A DNA stretch of 64,000 nucleotides from the human T2T-CHM13v2.0 reference genome, Homo sapiens. Both the position numbers and the translations under genes were made by a program. Positions 35,845-48,509 of this stretch are shown in pieces. The stretch lies in the NCBI RefSeq assembly GCF_009914755.1, contig NC_060947.1, one strand, 5' to 3'. The stretch's first letter is position 1; each line of letters begins with the position of its first letter. The notes beneath the pieces were generated by a model that saw only the letters and a list, made by a program, of their open reading frames with translations, ran no database searches and had not been told where the DNA came from.

Positions 35845-36150
35845 TACCAAAAAATGCTGAACTTCATCAAATGCTTTTTTTCTGCATCTATTGAGGTGAT
35901 CACATGATTTTTATCCTTAATTCTATGTATGTAATATATCACATATATTGATTTGCATATGTTGAACCATCATTTCATCTCTGTAATGTTCACATAGATT
36001 TTGGAATAAGCTTGTTTATATCTAAAAAAAATAACTGCAAGGATTTTTATATAAATGGTGTTAAAACAATTAATTTGAGGAGAATTTGAATCTTTACTTC
36101 ATTGATTCTTCTAACTGATGAACATGTTATATCATTCAATTTATTTAGGT
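35845..36150 (-). mobile_element. Old L1M ORF2 fragments
   Basis: aaatgctttttt ctgcatctattgaggtgatc...gatttgcatatgttgaacc. Confidence 0.7.
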
Positions 36151-36154
36151 CTTT

Positions 36155-37082
36155 AATTTTTTATATTATTTTTACTTTTTTCATTTTACATCTTTACATT
36201 TTATGGGTACATAGTAGGTGTATATATTTATGGGGTATATGAGATATTTTGATACAGACGTGCACAGTGAAATAATCAAATCATTAAAAATGAGGTATCC
36301 ATCCCCTCAACCACTTATCCTTTGTGTTACAATCAAATTGCACTCTTTTTGTTATTATAAAATGTACAATTAAGTTATTATTGACTATAGTCATCCTTCT
36401 TTGTTATGAAATAGTAGGTCTTATTAATTCTTTCTAGCTATCTTTTGTACCCATTAACCATCCCACCTACACTCCAACCTCCCACCACCCTTCTCAAACT
36501 TGGGTAACCATATTTTACTCTCTGTCTGTGAGATTAATTGTTTTTATTTTTAGATTCCACAAATAACTGATAACATGCAATGTTTGTCTTTCTGTGCCTG
36601 GCCTATCTCACCTAACAATAATCTCCAGTTCCATCCCTGTTGTTGCAAACGACAGGATCTCAATTATTTTGTGGATAAATAGTACTCCGCTGTGTATATG
36701 TACTGCATTTTCTTTATCCATTCATCTGTTGACGGACATTTAGGTTGCTTCCAAATATTGCTACTGTGAACAATGCTGGAAAAAACATGAGAGCACAGAT
36801 ATGTCTTTAATACACTGATTTTCTCTCTTTTGGGTACACATCAAACAGTGGGATTGCTGGATCACATGGGACCTCAATTTCTCATTTTTTTTTTTAGGAA
36901 GCTCCAAACTGTTCTTTATAAGGGTTGTACACAACAGTGTACAAGGGTTCATTTTCACCATATTCTCACCAACATTTGTCATTGTGTGTCTTTTTGATAT
37001 AAGCCATTTTAACTGGGATGAGACAATATCTTACTGTAGATTTTATTTGAATTTCTCTGATATTCGATGGTGCTGAACACCA
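36155..37082 (-). mobile_element. L1MA-type 3' end
   Basis: gggtacatagtaggtgtatatatttatggggta...ttattgactatagtca. Confidence 0.85.
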
Positions 37083-40000
37083 TTTTTTAACTTTTATTTT
37101 AGGTTGGGGGAACTTGTGAAGGTTTGTTACATAGGTTAACATGTGTCATGGGGGTTTGTACGTGTTATTTCATCACATAGGTATTAAGCCCAGTACCCAA
37201 TAGTTGCCTTTTCTGCTCCCCTCTCTCCACTCATCTTCCTTTCTCAAGTAGATCCAGTGTCTGTTGTTACCTTCTTTGTGTTCGTAAGTTCTTATCATTT
37301 AGCTTCCACTTGTAAGTAAGAACATGCGGTATTTGGTTTTCTGTTCTTGCATTAGTTTGCTAAGGAAAGTAGCCACCTGATCCATCCATGTTCCTGCGAA
37401 ATACATAATCTTGGCTTTTTTTAAATACCTGCATTTATTCTGCTGTGTATATGTACCTCATTATCTTTATCCAATCTGTTATTGATGGTCATTTAGGTTG
37501 ATTCCATGTCATTACTATTGTGAATACTGCTGAGGTGAACATTTGTGTGCATGCGTCTTTATTGTAAAATGACTTATATTCCCCTGGGTATATACCCAGT
37601 AATAGGATTGCTGGGTCAAATGGTTGTCCTGCTTTCAGCTCTTTGAGGAATCGCCACACTGCTTTCCACAATGGTTGAACTAGTTCACCATCCCACCAAC
37701 AGTGTATAAGTGTTCCTTTTTCTCTACAACCTTGCCAGCATCTAATATTTTTTATTTTTTTCATTGTAGTTATTCTGACTAGTGTGAGATGGTATCTCAT
37801 TGTGGTTTTGATTTGTATTTCTCTAGTGATCAGTGATATTGAGCTTTTTATCATATGCTTGTTGGCCACATGCATGTCTTCTTTTGAGAAGTGTCTGTTT
37901 ACGTCCTTTGCCCACTTTTAATTGAGTTGTTTGTTTTCCTCTAGTAAATTTAAGTTTCTTATAAATGCTGGATATTAGACCTTTGTCAGATGCATAGTTT
38001 GAATATATTTTTTCCCATTCTGTAGGTTGTCTGTTTACACTGTTGATACTTTCTTTAGCTGTGCAGAAACTCTTAAGTTTAATTAGATCCTACTTGTCAA
38101 CTTATACTTTTGTTGCAATTGCTTTTGTTGTCTTTGTCATAAAATCTTTGCCTGTTCCTATGTCCAGGATTATATTGACTACGTTGTCTTTTAGGGATTT
38201 TACACTTTCAGTTTTACATTTAAGTTTTTAATGCATCTTAAATTTATTTGTGTGTATGATGTAAGAAAGAGGTCCAGCTTCAATCTTCTGTATATAGCTA
38301 GCCAGTTATCCCAGCAACATTTATTGAATAGGCAGTCATTTCACCATTGCTTATTTTTGTCAGCTTTGTCAAAGATCAAATGGTCATAGATGAGCAGCCT
38401 TTTTCTGGGCTCTCTATTCTGTTCCATTGGTCTATGTACCTGTTTTGTACAAGTACTATGCTGTTTTGGTTACTGCAGCCTTGTAGTATAGTTTGAAGTC
38501 TGGTAACATTATGCCTCCAGCTTTGTTCTTTTTGCTGAGGATTGCCTTGGCCATTCAGGCTCTTTTTTTGTTCTGTATGAATTTTTAAAAAGTTTTCTTC
38601 TTGTTCTGTGAAGAATGTCATTTGTAGTTTGATAGGAGTAGCACTGAATCTGTAAATTACTTTTGGCAGTATAAGCATTTTAATGATACTGATTCTTCCT
38701 ATCAATGAGCATGAGATGTTTTTTCATTTATTTGTGTCTTCTTTGATTTCTTTGAGCAGTGTTTTGTAATTCTCACTGTGGAGATCTTCCATCTCCCTGA
38801 TTAGCTGTATTCCTAGATATTTTTTTGAAGCAATTGTGAATGGGATTGTCATTATGATTTGCCTCTCAGTTTGGCTGCTGTTGGTGTACAGGAATCCTGG
38901 TGATTTTTTGAACTTTGATTTTGTATTTTGCATCTATGCTGGAGTTGTTTATTAGTTTGAGGAGCTTTTTGGCCAAGACTATGAGGTTTTTTAGATGTAG
39001 AATCATGTCATCTGCAAACAGGGATAGTTTGAATTTCTCTTTTGCTATTTGGATGCACATTATTTCTTCTTCTTTTTGGTTTATTTTGCCTTTTTTTTTT
39101 TTTTTTTTTTTTTTTTGCCTGATTGCTCTGGCTAGGATTTCCAATATTATGTTGAATAGAAGCAGTGAGAGGGTTCATTCTCGTTTCATGCCAGTTTTCA
39201 AGGGGAATGCTTCCAGGTTTTGCCCATTCAGTATAATGTTGGTTGTGGATTTGTCATAGATGGCTCTTATTATTTTGAGGTGTATTCCTTCAATAGTTAG
39301 TTGAAGGAACTTAGATAGTTTTTAACATGAAAGGATGTTGGATTTTATTGAAAACACTTTCTGCATCTAGTGAGAAAATCACGTGTTTTCTGTCTTTAGT
39401 TTTGTTTATGTGATGAATCACATTAATTAATTTGTTTATGTTGAACCAACCTTTCATTCCAGGGCTGAAGCCTATTTAATCATGGTGGATTAGCTGTATG
39501 ATGTGCTGCTGGATTGGGTTAGCAAGTATTTTGTTGAAGATTTTTGCATTGATGTTCATCAAAGGTATTGGCCTAACATTTTTTATTTGTGTGTGATTCT
39601 TGGACAGGTTTTGGTATCTGGATGATGCAGGCCTTAATAGAATGAGTTTCGGAGGAGTGCCTCATCCTCAATTTTTGGAATAGTTTCTGCAGGAATGGGA
39701 CCGGATCTTCATTGTATATCTGGTAAAATTCAGCTGTGAATCCATCAGGTCTCAAGCCTTTTTGTTGTTGTTGTTATTGTTAGGCTATTTATTAATGATT
39801 CAATTTTTGAGCTTATTATTGGTCTATTCAGGGAATCAATTTCTTCCTGGTTCAATGTTGAAAGGGGTTATGTGTCTAGATGTGTATTCATATCTTCTGG
39901 GTTTTCTCTTTTATGTGCATAGAGTTGTTCATAGTAGTTTTGATAATTATTTTTATTTCTGTGGGGTCAGTGGTAGCATTTCTTTTGTCATTTCTAATTG

Positions 40001-40198
40001 TGTTTATTTGTATCTTCTCTCTTTTCTTCTTTATTGGTTTAGTTGGTTGCCTATCTTATTAATTTTTTCAAAAAATCAAATCCTGCATCTGTTTATCTTT
40101 TGAATGGTTTTATGTGTCTTGGTTTCCTTCAGTTCAGCTCTAATTTTCGTTATTTCTCACCTTCTGCTGGCTTCAGAGGGTGATTGTCTCTTGCTTCT
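37083..40198 (-). mobile_element. Older L1PA (about PA13-16) ORF2 and 3'UTR
   Basis: 3' end ttttttaacttttattttagg; ORF2 remnants 37489-37875 ([16 protein letters not shown]) and 38866-39144 ([10 protein letters not shown]). Confidence 0.9.
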
Positions 40199-40818
40199 TG
40201 TATTAATCCATTTTCACATGGCTGATAAAGACATACCCAAGACTGGGAGGAAAAAGAGGTTCAATTGGACTTACAGTTTCACATGGCTGAGGAGGCCTCA
40301 AAATCATGGCGGAAAGTGAAAGGCACTTCTTACACTGTGGTGGCAAGAGAAAATGAGGAGAAGGCAAAAGCAGAAACCCCTGTTAAACCTATCAGATCTC
40401 GTAAGACATTCACTATCACGAGAATAGCATGGGAAAGACCAGCCCCCATGATTCAATTACCACCCCCTAGGTCCATCCCACAATACATGGTAATTCTGGG
40501 AGTTACAATTCAAGTTGAGATTTGGGCGCGGACACAGCCAAACCATATCACTCTGTCACCAGCCCCTCCAAATCTCATGTTCTCACATTTCAAAACCAAT
40601 CATGCCTTCCCAACAGTCCCCAAAGTCTTAACTCAGAAGTCCACAGTCCAAAGTCTCATCTGAGACAAGGCGTTCTCTTTTGCCTATGAGCCTGTCATCT
40701 CAAAAGCAAGCTAGTTATTTCCTAGATACCATGGGTGTACAGGTATTGCATAAATATAGCCATTCCAAATGAGAGAAATTGGCCAAAACAAAGGGGTTTT
40801 AGGGCCTATGCAAGTTCT
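40199..40818 (-). mobile_element. THE1 LTR (40199-40550) plus truncated THE1 internal sequence
   Basis: tgtattaatcc...gctgataaagacataccc...gacacagccaaaccatatca, then internal aaaccaatcatgccttcccaacagtcccc. Confidence 0.9.
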
Positions 40819-41225
40819 GACCACTGGGATCAGCAATTCCCCTCTGGCTAGGATGGGTTTAAATGCTCCCTCCATGTACAGTCTTTAGCTGAGTTTAGTT
40901 TGGTTTTCCTTTCTTCTCTAACAGGACAGCACTGAGTTCAATGCCTTATGATTGCTGGGTTCTTCCTCCTTAGGAACCCAGAGAGGCTCTCTACACAATG
41001 CTGTTGCTGCTGAGGTTTCAGGGAGGGATGGCATTGGTGATTCAAGACTTTTTTCTATCTATTTAGTGTCACTTTCAGAGATTTGTAGTTAAAACCAGGT
41101 ATTATGAAGGCTCACCTGATATTTGGTTCTTATGAAGGTGCTTTTTTTTCTGTGTATATGGTTGTTAAATTGGTGTCCTTGTGGATAGGATGATTGGTGG
41201 AGCCTTCTATTCTGCCATCTTGCTG
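40819..41225 (-). mobile_element. L1M-type 5'UTR fragment
   Basis: Ends in ttctattctgccatcttgct (YY1-type L1 start, on -). Confidence 0.65.
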
Positions 41226-41234
41226 ACCTCTTGT

Positions 41235-44005
41235 GACAAGTCTTTGATTTTTAAAAATCAACATTTAGTAATTTTCAACATACAGTTTCTGTACATGTTT
41301 TGTTACATTTATACATAAATATTCCTTCTTCATTTTGGGGACTATTGTGAATAATATTGTGTGTTTAATTTCAGTTTCCATGTGTTTATTGCTACTACAT
41401 AAACATAAAATTATTTGTTGTCTTAATATGCAACTTTGCTAAAAACGTGTTATTTCTAAGAATTTTGGGTGGTATATTTCTTGATATTTTCTACAGGTAT
41501 ATAGCCATGTTCTCTGATAATAAGAATAGTTTAATTTTTCCTTCTCAATCTGCCCTTAATTTTTTTGTCTTGCCTTATTGCACTGGCTCAAACTTCCAAT
41601 AGTATTTTGAATAAAAGGACTGAAGTAAAAATCATTACTTTATGACTGATTTTAGAAAAAATGCCTTTACTATTAAACATGATGTGAACTATAGGTTTTT
41701 AAAAGACATTCACTATCAAGTTGAGGCAGTTCTCTATTCATAGTTTGCTGAGGGGTGTAAACTGAATGTGTGTTAGATTTTGTCAATACTTTTTCTGCAT
41801 TAGTTGATATTTTCTTCTGTCTGCTTTAGTGTGTTAATACATTGAGTTACATTGTTTTATTTTAAAATGTTGAACCAGCCTTGTATTAATGGAATAAATC
41901 TCAGTAGGTCATGTTTTGTAATTCTTTATACATTGCTAAATCAATTTCATAAATATTTAATTGAGGATTTTTGAAAATATATTTCTGAGACATATTGGTC
42001 TGTAGTTTTTAATGTTTTCCTTTTGTATTGCCTTTTTCTGATTTTAGTAACAGGGAAATGTTGGCCCCATAAAATGATTTGGAAACTATTGTCTTCTGAA
42101 AGTTATTGTGTATAATTAGTGTTGTTCTTTATTAAATGTTTGATATAATTTATTTTTGGGATCATCTGCACTTGAAGTTTTATGCTTTATAATTTTTCAA
42201 ATTTTATAAATTCAATTCATTTAATAGTTATAGAACTATTTAGATTATCTATTTTTTCTTAGGTGGGTTTGGTCATTTGCCGTTTTTAAGAAATTGGTCC
42301 ATTCATCTAAGTTGTTAAATTTATGTCTATAGAATCATTCATAGTATTACCTTATTAGATTTGTTATGTTTGCATGATCTCTACTGGCATTCTTTCTTTT
42401 ATTTCTTATACTGGCAAATATGTGTTTTATCTCTTATTTGTTTGTATTGCTTAAGGTTTATCAATATTTTATATCTTTTCAGAGAGCTGTGCTTTGGGTT
42501 TGATTAATTTTCTCAATTGTTTTTCTGTCCAATTTTATTGATTTCTGATTTTTATTGTTTTATTCCTTCTGTTTGCCTTTTTGCTCTATTTTTTAGTTCT
42601 GTGAGGTGAAAGCTTATATTATTGATTGAGACCTGTATTCTTTTCTAATATAAGCATTTAATGATCTCAATTTCTCTCTAGGCAGTCTTTTAGCTATACC
42701 TCACTAATTTTGATATGTTGTATTTTCAGTTTCATTTAATTCAATATGTAATTTTTTTCCCTTGAGAGTTGATTCATAAAATAATTAAAAATATGCTGCT
42801 TAATTTCCAATAGTTTGGAAAAGTTTCTGTTTACTTCTAGCTTGATTTCTAATTTGCAACTGATTATTTGTTTAATTCCTAGCTTGATTTGTAGCTCGAC
42901 TCCATTATGGTGAGAGAACATACTCTGTATAATTTTAGTTTTTAAAACATTGTTAAAATTGTTTTGTAATCCAGGATATTTACTATCTTCCTGAATGTTT
43001 AATATTTGCTTGCAAAGTGTGTGTATTTTGCCCTTGCTGAATGACATATTAAAGGAACACTGTTTTATTACTAACATTTCTGACACCAAATGTGTGGGTT
43101 TTCTGCAATAAGCAATTCTTTAACTCTCTAGAGAAACCAACTGGGTGCCCTACAATTTAATTTAATTTTGACACTACTCCACTTAGTGGAGACCTCACCA
43201 GTTAGGGTGTCAGTTCCACAGATCTACCTCCCACTTCAGATGCTAATCTCAAGTAGTGGGTCCCCAGGCTACTCACACTATATATTTGGCTAAAGATTGG
43301 GGGTTCCCACAGCCCTTGTTATATTTGATAATTTGCTACAATGGCTCACAGAACTCAGGGAAACATTTTACTTACATTTACTGGTATATTATAAAGGATA
43401 TTATAAAGTGTATGCAAGAATAGCCAGATAAACAGATAAATAAGGAAAGTTCTGGAAGGGTTCTAAGTGAAAGAGTTTCTGTCCCCATGGAGTTTGGGGA
43501 GTGTTACTACCCTGGCATGTAGATACATTTGCCAACCTGGAAGCTCTTCAAAGCCCACTGCTTAGATTTTTTTACATAGGTTACATTATGTAGGCATGAT
43601 TGATTAATTCGTTGACCATTGGTAATTAAACTCAATCTTCAGCCCCTCTCCCCTCCCTGAAGGGCTAAAAGTGAGGCTGAAAGTTTTAACTCTCTAATCA
43701 CATGATTGGTTCCTCTGCTACTTACTCCCATTCTAAAGGATTGAGGGGACCATCACAAGTCACTTTATCAGCATAAACTCAGGTATGGTTGAAAATGGCT
43801 TATTATGAATAACAATGACATTCTTTTCACTTCTATCACTCAGGGAATTCTAAGAGTTGAAAAAGTTTGGTGTCAAGAACCCAGGTCAAAGACTAAATAT
43901 ACATTTCTTTTATATCATAATGTTACACATATTCTATAAATTTTTATTACATCCTGTTGATTGATGTTGACATTCAGTTATTTTACATCTTGCAGATTTC
44001 ATGTC
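41235..44005 (-). mobile_element. Ancient L1M ORF2, interrupted by a MER21-like LTR
   Basis: Highly diverged antisense ORF2 motifs (ccttattgcactggct..., tgttgaaccagccttg); ORF 42736-43089 contains IIQSMFSHHNGVEL (EN SDH-like). Confidence 0.75.
43045..43928 (-). mobile_element. MER21-like (ERV1) LTR
   Basis: tctgacaccaaatgtgtgggtttt...ggctcacagaactcagggaaacattttactt...cataaactcaggtatggttgaaa. Confidence 0.75.
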
Positions 44006-44009
44006 TGTA

Positions 44010-46784
44010 TCACGTGTTTCATGTCTGTAGCACCATTGTGTCTTGAATATATATAATGTGTTTTGATTTCACAGACTCACAGCTGAGACTCTGGACTTTG
44101 GACTTTTGCCTTGGTGCTGGAACAAGTTAAGATTTGAGGTTTTGCCATCGATGACAAACACATAGCCAACATGTTACTGAATGGGGAAAAGTTGTAAGCA
44201 TTCCCCCCGAGAACTGGAACATGACAAGGATGCCCACTTTCACCATTTTTATTCAACATAGTACTGGAAGTCCTATCCAGGGCAATCAGACAAGAGAAAG
44301 AAATAAAGGACATTCAAATTGATAAAGAGGAAGTCAGACTGTCACTGTTGCTGATGACATGGTTGTGTATTTAGAAAACCTTAAAGACTCATCCACAAAG
44401 CTCCTAGAACTGGTAAATGAATTCAGAGAAGTTTCAGAATACAAAATTAATGCACACGAATCAGCAGCTCTGCTGTACACCAAACAGCGACCAAGCTGAA
44501 AATCAGATCAAGAACTCAACCTGTTTAACAATAGTTGCAAATAAACATACTTAGGAATATATCTAACCAAGGAGATGAAAGAATTCTACAAAGAAAACTA
44601 CAGAACACTGCTAAGAGAAATCATAGATGACACAAACAAATGGAAACACATCCCACGCTCATAGATGGGTAGGATCAATATTGTGATAATGACCATACTG
44701 CCAAAAGCAATCTACAAATTCAGTGTGATTCCCATCAAAATATCACCATCATTCTTCATAAAATTAGAAAAAAAATCTTAAAAAATTCATATGGAACCAA
44801 AAAAGAGCTCATATCGCCAAAGCAAGACTAAGCAGAAAGAACAAATCTGGAGGCATCACATTACCCAACTTCAAACTATATGTAGTCACCAAAACAGCAT
44901 GGTACTGGCATAAAAACAGGTGCATAGACCAATGGAACAGAATAGAAAACCAAGAAATAAAGCCAAATACAGCCAAATGATCTTCAACAAAGCAAACAAA
45001 AACATAGAGTGGGTAAAGGACACCCTATTAAACAAATGGTGCTGGTATAATTGGCAAGCGACATGTAGGAGAATGAAACTGGATTCTCATCTCTCACCTT
45101 ATACAAAAATCAACTCAAGATGGATCAAAGACATAAATCTAAGACCAGAAACCTTAAAAATTCTAGAAGATAACATTGGAAAATCCCTTCTAGACATTGG
45201 TTTATGCAGACTTCATGACCCAAAGCAAATGCAACAAAAACAAAGATAAATAGAGGGAACTTAATTAAACTAAAAAGCTTCTGCACAGAAAAGAAATAAT
45301 CAGCATAGCAAACCAACAACCCACAGACTGGGAGAAAATCTTTGCAATCTATACTTCCAGGAAAGGACTAATATCCAGATTTTATAAGGAATTCAAACAA
45401 ATCAGCAAGAGAAAAACAAGAAATCTCATCAAAAATTGGGCTAAGTACATGAATAGACAATTCTCAAAAGAAGATGCATAAAAGGCCAACAAACATATGA
45501 AAAAATAGTCAACATCACTAATTATTAGGGCAATGCAAATCAAAACCACAATGCAATACCAACTTACTCCTGTAAAAATGGCCATAATCAAAAATATAAA
45601 TCAAAATAAATAGATGTTGGCGTGGATGTGGTAAAAAGGGAAAACTTTTACTCTGTTAGTGGAAATATAAACTAAACTAGTACAACTACGATGAAAAACG
45701 GTGTCAAGATTCCTTAAAGGACTAAAAGTAGATTTACAATTTGATCCAGCAATCCTACTCCTGGGTATCTACCCAGAGGAAAAGAAGTCATTATACCAAA
45801 AAGATACTTGCACAAGCATGTATATAGCAGCACAATTTGCAATTAAAAAATATGGAACCAGCCCAAATGTCCATCAATCAACAAGTAGATAAAGAAAATA
45901 TGGTATATATATACACACACCATGGAATACTACTCAGCCATAAAAGGAATGAAATAACGGCATTCACAGCAACATGGATAAAAATGGAGACCATTATTCT
46001 AACTGAAGTATATCAGGAATGGAAATCCAGCATCGTATGTTCTCACTAATATGTGGGAGCTAAGTTATGAGGATGCAAAGGCATAAGAATGATAAAATGG
46101 ATTTTCAGGACTTGGGAAAAAGGTGGGAGTACGGTGAGACTACATATCGGGTACAGTGTACACTGTGAGCAGTATACACTGCTGAAGTGATGAGTCCACC
46201 AAAATCTCAGAAATCACCACTAAAGAACTTATTCATGTACAAAAAAAATAAAAATAAAAATGTTTAAAAAGTTTAAAAAAGACTTTGGGGCTTTGAAGGT
46301 GGAATGAAGATACGTGTATTTAAGAAGGGCATGAGTTTTGAGAAGCCAGAAGCATAATGGTATAGTTTGAATATATGTGCCCTCCAAAACTCATGTTGAA
46401 ATGTAACCCCAAATGTGACAATATTGAGAGGTAGGGGTCTTCAGGAGGTGATTCACTTATAAGGGCTTTGTCCTCATGAATGCATTAACTTATTCATGGT
46501 TTAATGGATTAATTGGTTAATAGACTAGTGGGTTATTATGGGAGTGAATCTAGTAGATTTAAAGAAGAGAAAAAGAGACCTAAGCTAGCATGCTCATCCC
46601 CCTCACTATGTGATGCCCTATATCACCATAGGACTCTGCAGAGTCTCTGCCAGTGAGAAGGCCCTCACAAAATATGTACTCTTGACCTTGGAATTGTCAG
46701 CCTCCCTACCTATAAGAAATAAATGTCTTTTCTTTACCCAGTTTTAGGTATTGTCTTATGAGCAACAGAAAATGGAATAAGACA
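44010..46784 (+). mobile_element. MSTC/D-type MaLR: internal end (44010-44140, 46280-46357) and LTR (46358-46784), split by an L1PB
   Basis: ggactttggactttt...ggaacaagttaaga continues as gactttgggg after the L1; LTR tggtatagtttgaat...ccctccaaaactcatgttgaaat...aataagaca. Confidence 0.75.
44143..46280 (+). mobile_element. 5'-truncated L1PB-like element
   Basis: ORF2 RT to 3'UTR (accaaaatctcagaaatcaccactaaagaactta), A tail; degenerate TSD aagatttgagg / aagactttgggg. Confidence 0.9.
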
Positions 46785-48097
46785 GAGGCCAGCATTACCC
46801 TCATAGCAAAGCCAGGCAAGGACACTACAATAATAGAAAGATTCAGGCCTATATCTCCAATGAACATAGATGCAAAAATTCTCAACAAAATACTAGCAAA
46901 TAAAATTGAATAGCACATTAAAATAATCACACACCATAATCAAGTAGGATTTATCCCTGTGACACAAGGATAATTCACCATATGCAAAATTCATGAATGT
47001 GACACATCACATTAACGGAATGAAGAGCAAAAAACATGTTATTACCTAAATATATTTTAAATAATCATTAGACTAAATTCAACAACCTTTTGTGATAAAA
47101 TAAAAAACTTTAAACAAATTAGGTACAGAGGAATGTACCTCAGTTCAATAAAATCCATCTGTCATAAGCCCACAACTAACTCAACTCAATGGTAAAAAGC
47201 TGAAAACATTTCCTCAAGGATGCCCACTCTCCACACTTCTATTCAGTATAGTACTGTAAGTCCTACCCAGAGAAATCAGGCACACAAAAAAGAATTGTAA
47301 TTCAAATCATAAGGAAAAAATGTTAATGTGTCCCTATTTGCAAACCACATAGTCTTTTTTATAGAAAACCCTAAGTACCCCCACCCCTAAAAAAAGACTG
47401 TTAGAACTACTAAACCAATTGACCTATTGACTAAAGATGTAAGCTACAAAATGAACATACAAAGTCAGTAGTGTTTTCACACACTAACAAAAATGTATCC
47501 AAAACTACTTGGGAAGAAATTTAACCAAGGAGGTGAAAGATAGGTACATAGAAATAATAAAATATTGATGAAACAAATTAAAGATGACACAAATAAATGG
47601 AATAATATTCCATGTTTATAATTTGGAGTAACTAATATTACTAAAATATACATACAACTCAAAGAGATCTACAAACTCAATGCAATCTCTATCAAAATTC
47701 CAATGAAATATTTCACAGAAAAAAAATAATTATAAAACTACAAAAAACCCTAATAGTAAAAGCAATATGGAGGACAAAGAACACATCTAGAGGTGGCACA
47801 TTAACTGATCTCAAAATCAACTACAAAGTTATGTTAATCAAAACAGTATGGTACTGGCACAAAAACAGACATAGAGAAATAGAATAGAATTGAGAGCCCA
47901 GAAATAAATTCACACATCCATAGTCAACTGATATTTGCCAAAGTGCCAAGAACACACATGAGGAAAAAACAGTCTTTTCAATAAATGATTTTGGGCAAAG
48001 TGGATAGCCACATGTTGAATAAAAGTGGATCCTTGTCTTCCCACATGCACAAAAATCAACTCAAAATATATTAAAGATGTACATGTAATACCTGGAA
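46785..48097 (+). mobile_element. L1M ORF2 RT fragment
   Basis: gaggccagcattaccct...tgaacatagatgcaaaaattctcaacaaaatactagcaaa. Confidence 0.85.
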
Positions 48098-48099
48098 GA

Positions 48100-48508
48100 C
48101 ATGTATTTATTGGCTCAGGACAGCTCTGGCAGCTGGGCTTCATGTTGGTGAAGACTACACAGATCTTCTGTAGCAAAAGCCATAGGGGACCTTGGTGGAT
48201 GTGAGGGCTTCTGGGGTCTCCTGTTCTTGTTTTCTTTTGCGGTGGGTAGCAGGCAGCTACGATGGAGGGGATTTACCTTGGTGCCGAGCTGTGCCTGCCT
48301 ACGGCAAAGGATTACAGTGGTTAAAACGCTGACTACCGTTTTTAATGTAGCCACCCTTGGTCTTTGTTCCTTCCTGGGTTATTGCAGCTTCTTAATTGTA
48401 CCCCAGATCCCTCCCAGAGATATTTTCTTTTGTGGATAGTTCCCAATTCATCATTTCTGTGGAGGGATGAGGGCTGGGACATTCTAGTCCACCATCTTGC
48501 TGACATCC
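48100..48508 (-). mobile_element. Probable L1M 5'UTR fragment
   Basis: GC-richer block ending ttctagtccaccatcttgctgacatc (YY1-type start on -). Confidence 0.55.
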
Positions 48509-48509
48509 T

